From a virus, in IMG/VR virus record IMGVR_UViG_3300027833_000013, positions 105,460 through 169,459 of that record: DNA of 64,000 bases, one strand, 5' to 3'. The position numbers and the translations under genes are program-made. Each line of letters starts with the position of its first letter. Position 1 is the first letter of the stretch. Shown here piece after piece: positions 40,581 through 49,502 of this stretch. The notes under the pieces are model-generated. The model was not told where the DNA came from and made no database searches. It saw nothing but the letters and a program-made list of their open reading frames with translations.

Positions 40581-41131
40581 TGAAAATAGAAGTAATAAAA
40601 GACAAACACCTTAGTATGCTCCAACAGTTTTGCAACCAATGTGCAGAATTGCAATATGAAAATAATAAATCTTTAACAGCTATGAAACTATTGTGGTGCA
40701 AAGATTGGGGTGAATATTTTTGTGCAATTAAAGATAACAAAATAATAGCAGTAGCAGGCTGTCACCCATTGCCAGAAGTAGGCCCTAAGGCCTGGCGTAT
40801 AATGTTTAGAGGATGCGAACTACCCCAAACTGATACATTTAAGGGACTAGGCAAAGGCGATTGGAATAGTATTACACAACGTGAAATGATTCCTAAGTTT
40901 ATCGAATGGTGCCCAAGTGACCAACTATACATTACTACTAACACATATCATGAACATTCAAATGGCAAAGCATCGCGCAATCATCGACTGATGGGGTTAC
41001 TTGCAAAGCAAAAAATACTTGACAAGCACAGTGAAATGATGTTATACTATACAGAACAGACTGTCTGGAAATTAAATATTCAAGAATATACTAGGCGTAG
41101 AAGTTTGTTGAAAGGAAACTATGTGGTTTAA
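40580..41131 (+). CDS. GNAT-like acyltransferase (tentative)
   Basis: YFCAIKDNKIIAVAG...WRIMFRG...LYITTN pattern resembles the GNAT fold. Confidence 0.4.
   Translation: MKIEVIKDKHLSMLQQFCNQCAELQYENNKSLTAMKLLWCKDWGEYFCAIKDNKIIAVAGCHPLPEVGPKAWRIMFRGCELPQTDTFKGLGKGDWNSITQREMIPKFIEWCPSDQLYITTNTYHEHSNGKASRNHRLMGLLAKQKILDKHSEMMLYYTEQTVWKLNIQEYTRRRSLLKGNYVV
41019..41048 (+). promoter_or_regulatory. Internal sigma70-type promoter
   Basis: TTGACA-18 nt-TATACT with an extended TG, inside the GNAT-like gene and upstream of ORF 41121. Confidence 0.5.
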
Positions 41132-41378
41132 TCTTAAACATTTACAAGAAGCAAAAACAAAAGCTGGCAAACCTAACGCAGGATACTGGTGGCACTTTAA
41201 ACTTGCTATAATGGAATTTTTCTTTCTATTATTTGTTTGTATTGGAAGCCTAATACATGCAATTTTTCCTTGGGTTCTTGATTTTAAATTATTAGAATGG
41301 CGAATTGCTAGGCTAAAACAACTTAAAAAGAAATTACCAGATGACCCACAACTAAAGAAGGTACACTTTGATGACTAA
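41121..41378 (+). CDS. Small membrane protein, DUF6356-like
   Basis: KHL...YWWHFKLA...LIHAIFPW pattern with a hydrophobic helix. Confidence 0.55.
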   Translation: MWFNLKHLQEAKTKAGKPNAGYWWHFKLAIMEFFFLLFVCIGSLIHAIFPWVLDFKLLEWRIARLKQLKKKLPDDPQLKKVHFDD

Positions 41379-42207
41379 TGTATTAGACTTAATAGCATAC
41401 AGAGATGGTGAATACAAACCATTGCGAGAAATTGGCCCTAGTATATTAGATTTTGGATTTATTCATTGTGATGCTACATATGATGTTATGCCTGTTTATA
41501 ACGGCAAAGCATTTTGTTATGATAGACATTCAACAAGATTTGAAAACAGTGCAAAACGTTATGGACTAGAGTTGCCAGATGTAGATAGATTATCCATTGT
41601 TAAAGAACTTAAAAAACTAAATGATGTTACAGACGCATTTGTTTGGTTTCTTGTATGGAGAGGCGCACCGCCAAGCGGCAATCCTAGAGATATAAAAAAC
41701 TGTCCAATACATTTTGCTATGTATATCAAGCCAAGTTATCCTATTGCAGATAATCCAATTGTAACTTTACATTTAGATACAAATACAAACAGAGTCAGCG
41801 ATGATTACTATGGACAAGAATATAAAAACATGGCTTGGCTTGACTTAACAATGAGCCAACGCAATAAACCAAAAGATGCAGACACAACTATTCTTGTAGA
41901 TGTAGACGGTAATGTTACCGAAGGACCTGGATTTAATGTTGGCATAGTATCTAACGGAGTTATATACACAGCAGATAAGAATGTTCTCAAAGGCATTACA
42001 ATGACAGTGGTAGAAGATATCGCAAGGGATAATGGCATCATGTTTTGTAGGTTACCAATTTCACAAGAACAGTTTAACAACGCAAACGAAGTGTTTATAA
42101 CTAGTTCGAGTGGTGGTGTAACAGCAACGCAAAAGTCTGGACCTGTTACTGAACTTCTTATTAACAGGTACAAAGACAAAATGGAAGAGTATGGAACCGT
42201 ATTATAA
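41368..42207 (+). CDS. PLP fold type IV aminotransferase, (R)-amine transaminase-like
   Basis: LDFGFIHCDATYDV, RH..RF..SA, YKNMAWLDL (Lys), EGPGFNV, LKGIT, EVFITSSSGG. Confidence 0.85.
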   Translation: MMTNVLDLIAYRDGEYKPLREIGPSILDFGFIHCDATYDVMPVYNGKAFCYDRHSTRFENSAKRYGLELPDVDRLSIVKELKKLNDVTDAFVWFLVWRGAPPSGNPRDIKNCPIHFAMYIKPSYPIADNPIVTLHLDTNTNRVSDDYYGQEYKNMAWLDLTMSQRNKPKDADTTILVDVDGNVTEGPGFNVGIVSNGVIYTADKNVLKGITMTVVEDIARDNGIMFCRLPISQEQFNNANEVFITSSSGGVTATQKSGPVTELLINRYKDKMEEYGTVL

Positions 42208-42691
42208 ACTTGTACCATACGCAATTAGTGATCAGACAAAGCAAGAGTTATTAGATATAGCTCTTGCTCCTGATACATTTGTGGATATAAGCTATAAAAT
42301 AAGTTTCTTTAAATTACCTAGTACACTACAAAGATTTAATACTACTGGATTAAATTGCGTATGTCAACTGCTACGTGTTTCTGAATCTGGTAGCACTATA
42401 CATAAAGATCGTAATAGGTACAACGAATACGATAATCAGTATATGCCTCGACATACTGTAATTAGTTTTGCATTAACTAACAATTGTGGAGAGACACATT
42501 TCTATGACGACAATAAGAACTTTGTAACCAGTATAGATTATGCAGGCCACGGCGCTATATTAAATACTGGAGAACATTACCATAACGTTCACTTTACAGA
42601 AGATAACAATACTAGAATAGTATTTCAATTATGTTTTGAAGAAAGATTTAGTGAAGTATGTAACTTATATAATAAAGGAATTGTAATATGA
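42191..42691 (+). CDS. 2OG-Fe(II) oxygenase-like protein
   Basis: IHKD...LNTGEHYHNV...RIVFQL. Confidence 0.55.
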   Translation: MEPYYKLVPYAISDQTKQELLDIALAPDTFVDISYKISFFKLPSTLQRFNTTGLNCVCQLLRVSESGSTIHKDRNRYNEYDNQYMPRHTVISFALTNNCGETHFYDDNKNFVTSIDYAGHGAILNTGEHYHNVHFTEDNNTRIVFQLCFEERFSEVCNLYNKGIVI

Positions 42692-44055
42692 AAAAGATTA
42701 TAATAGTCGGCGGTGGATCCGCCGCTTGGGCATCAGCATACCAAATTTTACGTAGCGAGTCGGTTGACGAAATACAAGTTATTCACAGTGGTACAGTTCC
42801 TATTATTGGAACAGGGGAAGGAGCAACTGGTTCTTTAGATGATATAATCCTTAAAGGAGACCATAAAGAGTTTTTAGAAAAAACTAACTCTACAGTTAAG
42901 CTAGGGATACTTTTTGAAAACTGGCAAGGCAACGGCACTAAGTTTAACAAATATGTAGATGCCTGGCATTATGATGCTATAAGAGGTGGCGCCGGAAAAG
43001 ACATAGACGTTATGTATAAAATACTTGACGAAGGCATAGACACCGACGATGTTAGTATTAATGCTTTTTTAATGAAGCATAAACTACAAGACTTTGAAGA
43101 AGTTAAACGACATACATTTCACTTTGATGGTAAGAATGTAGGACAATTTTTTAAAGATCGTTGTCTTGCTAGTAACAAAGTAACTAGTATAATAGATACC
43201 ATTACTGATATAGAAGTTAATAATGGAAAAGTGATTAGTTTACATGGTGAGAAAGATTCATATATAGCAGATTTTTATATTGACTCAACTGGATTTAGAA
43301 GATTATTTGCATCCTTTATTAAGCATGAATTTGAACCTTACGAAGAGTGGCTAGATATAAATGCCGCTGTTCCGTTTCTTCTTCCAGCAAAGAAGCAAGC
43401 ATATACAGTTTCAAGAGCAATGAAGAATGGTTGGATGTGGGAAGTTCCTAAAACAAATAACTTAGGTTCTGGCTATAACTACAGCACTAAGCATATCTCA
43501 TCAGATGAAGTAATTGCTGAAGCACAGGAATATCTTGGACACAATATTAAACCGATTAAAGTAGTTGAATACACTAGTGGGTGTTATAAAAAAACTGCTG
43601 GTCCTAATTATGCATTTATTGGACTAAGTGCAGGTTTTATAGAACCACTTGAAGCAACAGCATTACATTGTAGCATTTATAGTGCAGAAGAATTAATAAA
43701 ATACTTTAAAGGTGAAAAAACATTAGATCAATACAATGATTATGTATACGAAATGGTAACTGACTTTAGAGACTTCACAATATTGCATTACAGGATGGCA
43801 ACAAGAAATGATACAAAATTTTGGCAAGATCAAAAGAAGAAACCTATCCCAGAAAAGTTACAAGAGCAAATTAAACTATTTGAAAATGGAAGTTTAGAGT
43901 GTCTGTACAATACAACACACATATACTTTATGTTTCAAACATCAGTTGGATTCAATTTTATTAAAAAGCCAAAAGTATTTGACTATGATAAAACTATTGA
44001 AATACCAACATTAGATGCTATAAACAGAATTAAACAAAAACACAATGTGGAATAA
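42688..44055 (+). CDS. Flavin-dependent (tryptophan-halogenase family) halogenase
   Basis: IIIVGGGSA, IGTGEGAT, TVKLGILFENW (catalytic Lys), DSTGF, GWMWEVP, FIEPLEAT. Confidence 0.9.
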   Translation: MKKIIIVGGGSAAWASAYQILRSESVDEIQVIHSGTVPIIGTGEGATGSLDDIILKGDHKEFLEKTNSTVKLGILFENWQGNGTKFNKYVDAWHYDAIRGGAGKDIDVMYKILDEGIDTDDVSINAFLMKHKLQDFEEVKRHTFHFDGKNVGQFFKDRCLASNKVTSIIDTITDIEVNNGKVISLHGEKDSYIADFYIDSTGFRRLFASFIKHEFEPYEEWLDINAAVPFLLPAKKQAYTVSRAMKNGWMWEVPKTNNLGSGYNYSTKHISSDEVIAEAQEYLGHNIKPIKVVEYTSGCYKKTAGPNYAFIGLSAGFIEPLEATALHCSIYSAEELIKYFKGEKTLDQYNDYVYEMVTDFRDFTILHYRMATRNDTKFWQDQKKKPIPEKLQEQIKLFENGSLECLYNTTHIYFMFQTSVGFNFIKKPKVFDYDKTIEIPTLDAINRIKQKHNVE

Positions 44056-44060
44056 TCTGT

Positions 44061-45092
44061 ATGAAAATTAAACACAATATTAAATTAGATTTTAGTGATG
44101 TTCTTATTGAACCGAAAGCAAGCAGTGTTCCGCTTACACGTAAAAGTGTTGACATTGAAATAGATTGGTTAGGTACTACTGCAACTCCTGTAATAGTATC
44201 AAACATGCTTAGTACTGGTACTTACAAAATTGCAAATATGCTTACTCCGTTACGTGTCTTTACGTTCTTACATAAAGAATATACTGCTGAACAGCATATT
44301 ACAGAGTTAGAAAAAATGCAAGACAGAAAGTTCATTGCTATTACAAGTGGTGTACAAAGTTGGGATAAAGAAAAAACAATTGAAGTAGTTTCTAAATTTC
44401 CTGACATAGGAATAATTAATGTCGACATTGCAAATGTGTATGCTAATATAGACGGCATGATTAAAACTATTAAACTATACAGAGAAAAATTTCCACATAT
44501 AAAAATTAGTGCAGGCAATATAGCAACGGGTGAACCTATTAAAGTATTAGCCGATGCCGGCGCAAATTTTATTAAGGTAGGAGTAGGTAGTGGAGCCGCT
44601 TGTAGGACACGTTCAGAAGTTGGCACTGGCATACCTCAACTAAGTGCTATTATGGATTGCTATGAAGAAGCTGTTAAATATAGCGTCGAAATTATTTCAG
44701 ACGGAGGATGTGTTACTGCCGGAGATGTTTGCAAAGCAATTGGCGCCGGAGCCAAAATGGTAATGGTAGCTGGCATGGTATCTAAGTCAGAAGAGTGTGA
44801 TAATATTGTAGAAATAGATGGTAAAAAATATGTAAACTTTTATGGGTTAGGCAGTACAACTATGTATAACCGAACAAAACCAACAGAACAAGAGTATAGA
44901 CCTAACGAAGGCAGAGACTTGCTAATACCGTGTAAAGGGTCTATTACAAGCGTTATACAGCAGATACAAGGCGGTTTACGTAGTGTATGCACTTATGTAG
45001 GTGCAGAACATATAGATCAATTACACAAACGTACAGTGTTTGTACGTGTAAATAATCAAATAAACAATAGTTTAGCAAGATATGAACAATGA
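44061..45092 (+). CDS. guaC: GMP reductase (IMPDH/GMPR family)
   Basis: LDFSDVL, AGNIAT, KVGVGSGAACRTR (catalytic Cys), PQLSA, SDGG, YRPNEG, GGLRSVCTYVGA; no CBS insert. Confidence 0.8.
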   Translation: MKIKHNIKLDFSDVLIEPKASSVPLTRKSVDIEIDWLGTTATPVIVSNMLSTGTYKIANMLTPLRVFTFLHKEYTAEQHITELEKMQDRKFIAITSGVQSWDKEKTIEVVSKFPDIGIINVDIANVYANIDGMIKTIKLYREKFPHIKISAGNIATGEPIKVLADAGANFIKVGVGSGAACRTRSEVGTGIPQLSAIMDCYEEAVKYSVEIISDGGCVTAGDVCKAIGAGAKMVMVAGMVSKSEECDNIVEIDGKKYVNFYGLGSTTMYNRTKPTEQEYRPNEGRDLLIPCKGSITSVIQQIQGGLRSVCTYVGAEHIDQLHKRTVFVRVNNQINNSLARYEQ

Positions 45093-45787
45093 TAGATTAT
45101 GCACATATACTTAAAAATGGTGTTGAAATAAGTAGTAGTGGTACTACAGGACCTGCTAAAACAGTCTTTAGAACGCCCGATAACTTACAGGCATGTAATG
45201 ATGTTGCTATTGATGCACAACAGCTTACACGAAGCTCTAAGGTGCTTACAGTAACACGTATGACCCACGCAGGCGGCTTATTGACTCAAACATTACCTGC
45301 ACATAGTATTGGCGCAGAATATAAAATACAACAATTTAATGTATATACTTTCTTAAAAGACTTTAAAGACTATACACATACATTCTTGGCACCTGCGCAA
45401 ATGATGGCGTTAATGCATACAAAAGGATTTAAAGATTGTGATCTTACTGGTAAGCGTATACTAGGCGGAAGCGATCCTGTTAGTTGGGAAATGATAGAAG
45501 CTTTTGTAAGTAAAGGGGCTATTATACAACCTAATTGGGGAATGAGCGAAATAGGACCAATTACTATTAATATAGAATTTGATAGTATGGATAAAGTACA
45601 GTATGTTAAACAACGATCACCAGATGATTATACTATTATGGGAGATACCTATTATTGCGATTGGAAAATAGTAAAGCAAGAACTTTACGTTAAAGGACCA
45701 ACTAGTATATATGATGAATGGTTTGCTACAGGCGACAATGTAGCATTAGACATGGGTAGAAGGATGTATTATATTGGCCGTAAATAG
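45089..45787 (+). CDS. Minimal ANL-family adenylating enzyme (AMP-binding core only)
   Basis: SSSGTTGPAK (A3), WGMSE (A5), ELYVKGP (A6), WFATGD (A7), IGR (A8), then stop. Confidence 0.75.
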   Translation: MIDYAHILKNGVEISSSGTTGPAKTVFRTPDNLQACNDVAIDAQQLTRSSKVLTVTRMTHAGGLLTQTLPAHSIGAEYKIQQFNVYTFLKDFKDYTHTFLAPAQMMALMHTKGFKDCDLTGKRILGGSDPVSWEMIEAFVSKGAIIQPNWGMSEIGPITINIEFDSMDKVQYVKQRSPDDYTIMGDTYYCDWKIVKQELYVKGPTSIYDEWFATGDNVALDMGRRMYYIGRK

Positions 45788-46310
45788 AATTGTAGCATTT
45801 GGTTGTTCTAATACTGTTGGCGAAGCATGTAGCACTAATTGGCCAAAAGAATTAGGACTATTATTAGACTGTGAAGTTGTAAATTGTGCTGAAATAGGAT
45901 GCAGTGGACGTTATATTATACACGCAATGCGACATTTTAAATTTGAAAAAGATGATGTTTGTATTGTAGCATGGCCTGAAATAACTCGATATTGTTGGTT
46001 AAAAGGCGAAAATAACTTTAAACATATCGGAGTATGGAAAGATTCTGATAGTACATTATATAAAAAGTATTTTTCAGATTATCATGCTGAACAAGATTTT
46101 TACTTGTACGAAGATTATGCTAGGTTATATGCAAAACAAAATAATATTACCTATTTAGATTATTTAAGTTGTTATACCTTTGTAAATACTAAAAAGCATA
46201 AAATGGAATTACATGACTATGGAACAGATGATAAACATCCGGGTAAACTTAGTCATATAATTTTTGCACAACAAATTAGAAAGGATATAAAAGATGGAGC
46301 CGTATTTTAA
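45774..46310 (+). CDS. SGNH-family protein
   Basis: AFGCSNTVG, NCAEIGCS, VAWP, DDKHPG. Confidence 0.7.
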   Translation: MAVNRIVAFGCSNTVGEACSTNWPKELGLLLDCEVVNCAEIGCSGRYIIHAMRHFKFEKDDVCIVAWPEITRYCWLKGENNFKHIGVWKDSDSTLYKKYFSDYHAEQDFYLYEDYARLYAKQNNITYLDYLSCYTFVNTKKHKMELHDYGTDDKHPGKLSHIIFAQQIRKDIKDGAVF

Positions 46311-46878
46311 GTATGTAGAAGGTATAAATTTTACACCTGAAACACGTAAAAAACTTGCAGATAATATTTTATCTAATGCTGAAGATTATATCAGAAGTGC
46401 TAATTATAGACATAATAAGTACGGAAAATATGATTGGAATTGGTTCTGTCCACGTAACTTAATTCCTACAAAACTTATGGACGAAGTTGGTAAACGTTTT
46501 AATATACCAGTTTCATATGAAATACTAGGACAAACACCTTATACAGATGGTAAGATACATACTGATCGAAAAGTAGAAGGACTTCCGCCTAGAGTTACAC
46601 TAATAAACTTTCCAATATATCCGTTTGATATGAGCGTATATGGACCAACTAATTTCTTTAAATTAATTGAAGGAAGTTACTCAGACTATGACAATGCTAT
46701 ATTTGAATTACAGTGTAGTGTTGATTACAGTCATAATCTTCCTGTAATTTTTAATCTACAAGAATATCACAATGCAGTAAACGATACAGATGATTACAGA
46801 TTTAATTGTCAGTTTACAACTGACCTAGAAGGTCCTGAGATATTTGAACTTTATAATTCTGGTAAGTTGTTTACTTAG
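46294..46878 (+). CDS. 2OG-Fe(II) oxygenase-like protein
   Basis: IHTD...LINFP...FNLQEYHNA...RFNCQ. Confidence 0.55.
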   Translation: MEPYFKYVEGINFTPETRKKLADNILSNAEDYIRSANYRHNKYGKYDWNWFCPRNLIPTKLMDEVGKRFNIPVSYEILGQTPYTDGKIHTDRKVEGLPPRVTLINFPIYPFDMSVYGPTNFFKLIEGSYSDYDNAIFELQCSVDYSHNLPVIFNLQEYHNAVNDTDDYRFNCQFTTDLEGPEIFELYNSGKLFT

Positions 46879-48479
46879 GCTATAATAGCACCTTGTAATG
46901 CAAGTACTTGCCAACCATTAGTACCATAAATCATTGTAACACTATCGTTAATATCGTTAAATGTAATAGTTGTTCCGTTTGCAAGTGTAGTTGGAGTAAG
47001 TGTTCCATCACCGCCATCAACAATCATTGCGATTGTTTTGATTTGACCTGCTGTACCATTAGCTAGTGTGTATGCATCTGTACCAGTTGTTGTTATTTCC
47101 GTGTGCAGTGTTGTTACACTAATTGCACCTGGTCCACTAAGACTTTGTACGTCACCAAATATACCGCCTACAATTTTAACATTACCTGTGCCGTTAGCAC
47201 TTAGAGTTAAATCAGCATCAGCTGTAAATGAGTCTACAGTATCAACTTTAAATACACCAGTTTCTGATAATTCTGCTTTCTTTAAATATGTAGCAATTAA
47301 ACCGTTTCTAACATAAAAACACATTTTTGCCGCAATGTTGTTTGCTGATATGCTTACAACTTCTGACTTAACGCTAGTACCAACTTGTACAGCCGATCCA
47401 TCGTAGCCTGACCAACTTATACCACCTAAGCTATCACTTGCTTGTGTAGCTGTAAATGCCTGCGCTGTACCGCGTACCTTAAATAAGCCTAATTCGTTTG
47501 CTATAGCAGTATCACCAGTGTTGGTGATATTCATAGCTGTTTGAGAAAACGCTCCGTGTTGATTTGAATATACAGATATTTGTTGTCTAGTTGCATCAGA
47601 TGCAACATTTTTAAATAATTGTAGGTTTGCTTCAAAGAACGAGTTAATAGCAGTATCAATCGGGCCAGTAATTTTGCCAGCAACTCCGTCAAGTAACAGT
47701 GTTGAATCATCTCCAAATACGCTACCTTGTACATCGCCAGTATGAAGACCTGTGCTATTACCTGTTAAGTTACCTACTAAGTTACCTGTTAAGTCGCCTA
47801 CTACGTCACCTGTTAAGTCGCCTACTACGTCACCGGTGTGTACGCCAAATGTATTACCGGTAATTACACCTGTTTGTCCGTCTATAATTCTTGTACTGTT
47901 GTCAGCATATACGCTACCAATTAGGTTACCTTCTAGATCACCTGTAAATGTAGCTTGTCCTGCAACAGCACCATTGCTAACAATTTTACTTACACCATCT
48001 TCTGCAAATATATCACCTACAATGTTTGCAGTAACAGTTAATGCGTTAATAGTTCTATTAGCAGTATTAAGCATTATTGAACTATCATCACCTATGATGT
48101 TAGCATTAAGGTCAGTACCGTCACCTTCTGGTGTTCCAGCAACCCATGCTGTACCGTTCCATAATAATGACTCGCCTAATTTTGGACTTGCGTTAACGTT
48201 AGTTAAGTCATTAAGCTCTGCCGCGGCATTCTGCGCCGCCGTAATCCAATTAGCACCATCGTACTTGATAATATCATTGGTAGATGGACTTCCTGCACTT
48301 ACATTTGCTAAGTCATTTAATGTTGAAGTACCTGCAGAAGAATCAACAACAATACCACCACCTGTGGATCCGTCTCCTACATATAGCTTCTTGGTGTCTG
48401 TAGCATAGACAAGTTCGCCTTCTAAAGGAGTAATTCCTTGACGTTGGCTGTCTGTGCCTCTTCTAATGCGTAAACTCAT
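46875..48479 (-). CDS. Tail fibre protein with Mtd-like (major tropism determinant) N-terminal domain
   Basis: MSLRIRRGT...PLEGELVYATDTKKLYVGDG; LNDL.NV...WNG..W repeats; G-D/N-L/V-x tetrapeptide repeats. Confidence 0.8.
   Translation of the reverse strand: MSLRIRRGTDSQRQGITPLEGELVYATDTKKLYVGDGSTGGGIVVDSSAGTSTLNDLANVSAGSPSTNDIIKYDGANWITAAQNAAAELNDLTNVNASPKLGESLLWNGTAWVAGTPEGDGTDLNANIIGDDSSIMLNTANRTINALTVTANIVGDIFAEDGVSKIVSNGAVAGQATFTGDLEGNLIGSVYADNSTRIIDGQTGVITGNTFGVHTGDVVGDLTGDVVGDLTGNLVGNLTGNSTGLHTGDVQGSVFGDDSTLLLDGVAGKITGPIDTAINSFFEANLQLFKNVASDATRQQISVYSNQHGAFSQTAMNITNTGDTAIANELGLFKVRGTAQAFTATQASDSLGGISWSGYDGSAVQVGTSVKSEVVSISANNIAAKMCFYVRNGLIATYLKKAELSETGVFKVDTVDSFTADADLTLSANGTGNVKIVGGIFGDVQSLSGPGAISVTTLHTEITTTGTDAYTLANGTAGQIKTIAMIVDGGDGTLTPTTLANGTTITFNDINDSVTMIYGTNGWQVLALQGAIIA
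47761..47832. repeat. 24-bp tandem repeat x3 (GDVVGDLT units) in the tail fibre
   Basis: cctgttaagtcgcctactacgtca exact at 47785-47808 and 47809-47832; degenerate copy at 47761-47784. Confidence 0.9.
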
Positions 48480-48510
48480 TTGGTAACTCCTGATAATCTA
48501 TTAGTAACAG

Positions 48511-48517
48511 TATTTAT
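48511..48517 (-). promoter_or_regulatory. Putative late promoter core (ATAAATA) for the tail fibre gene
   Basis: GATAAATA on the minus strand ~30 nt upstream of ATG 48479; AGGAG RBS in between. Confidence 0.5.
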
Positions 48518-48531
48518 CATTTAGATAAGTT

Positions 48532-48855
48532 TCATGTGCCTTTCTTAAGAAAGTGTTTAGTACGTCTTTGCATATCATACTTAACTTTCTTAGTGTTGAT
48601 CCTAAAATCAACATTTTCAATTACATGTTCATACTCTTCTAATAGTTCTTCTAAACCGTACTCTATATCGTCAGTAGTTACATTAGCCTCTTGTTCACGA
48701 GCAACATCAATTTCCCATACCTTACCGTCAGTAAATGTAACATAAATTGCGTCAAGGTATGCAATTGGAATAGTTTTAACCTGAATATCTTTAAATACTT
48801 CGGGCCAATGTTTTACAACGTCCGGGTGCAGTCTGCCTTCTTTATTATCAGGCAC
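48532..48855 (-). CDS. Hypothetical protein
   Basis: 107-aa ORF in a coupled minus-strand series. Confidence 0.65.
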   Translation of the reverse strand: MPDNKEGRLHPDVVKHWPEVFKDIQVKTIPIAYLDAIYVTFTDGKVWEIDVAREQEANVTTDDIEYGLEELLEEYEHVIENVDFRINTKKVKYDMQRRTKHFLKKGT

Positions 48856-49501
48856 TTGCTTTAGTCTTCTTAACAGCGGTCTTTTTTACTGTAGGGACTA
48901 ACTCTTCTGCTTGTGCTCTTAGTGCTTTAGCTTCTTTGTATAATGAATCTGCCTGTGAACGGTACTGTGCCGCTAATACATCGTCAGTTAATACTGTGTC
49001 TGTTGTTGTTACAGCTTCATCCATTGCTGATGTTGTGTTTGTGTAAGATGCCGCCGCTTGGGCTGAAGGCACTGGCTCATCTGAAACATTCGAAACTGGA
49101 GCAGTTGTACCATTAGGATCTTTAATAGCAAGATCAGCAATAGTAATACCTTTTTGATCTGCCATAATTTGATTAAGTTCAGCAAGATTTATAGTTGTTT
49201 GGAAGTTTGGAGTCATAGTAATTCCAGAAGTTTCCGTTTTCATAAGTTTGCCAGTTTGACTAAATCGTGCAAGCATATTAGAACCATCAGGCAGTTTAGT
49301 TCGCATCATTGCTGATCCTAACTCGTACTCTGATTGACCTGTTGTACTTTCAACTAAGTTAATTAATGTATCATGATCGCCTGCTTCGAGACTCTCTGTC
49401 ATAATAACTAAGCAGTTAGTAGGATCATTTGGAATAACTCTAAACGCTACAATTGCTTTTCTGTTGTTAGCCAATCGACCAACGTGTTTCATATTTTGCA
49501 T
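48848..49501 (-). CDS. Hypothetical protein
   Basis: ORF track 48848..49537; ATG at 49501 is preceded by AAGGAG. Confidence 0.65.
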   Translation of the reverse strand: MQNMKHVGRLANNRKAIVAFRVIPNDPTNCLVIMTESLEAGDHDTLINLVESTTGQSEYELGSAMMRTKLPDGSNMLARFSQTGKLMKTETSGITMTPNFQTTINLAELNQIMADQKGITIADLAIKDPNGTTAPVSNVSDEPVPSAQAAASYTNTTSAMDEAVTTTDTVLTDDVLAAQYRSQADSLYKEAKALRAQAEELVPTVKKTAVKKTKASA

Positions 49502-49502
49502 A

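Noticed and set aside
11046-46878. Island as a misassembled bacterial chromosomal biosynthetic cluster
   Set aside because: It is continuous with phage tail genes on both sides, has the same compact overlapping gene style, and lacks transporters, regulators and mobility genes. Read-level checking would still be needed to exclude chimerism fully.
47761-47832. CRISPR-like array
   Set aside because: The repeats are contiguous, in-frame and have no spacers.
47752-48408. 218-aa + strand ORF and the many other antisense ORFs in the track (e.g. 7642-8175, 41808-42224, 44222-44632)
   Set aside because: They lie antisense to well-supported genes, lack RBS and motifs, and are explained by codon bias and repeats.
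46875-48479. Diversity-generating retroelement target (Mtd-like fibre)
   Set aside because: Only the N-terminal Mtd-like domain is present; no reverse transcriptase or template/variable repeat pair was seen in the window.
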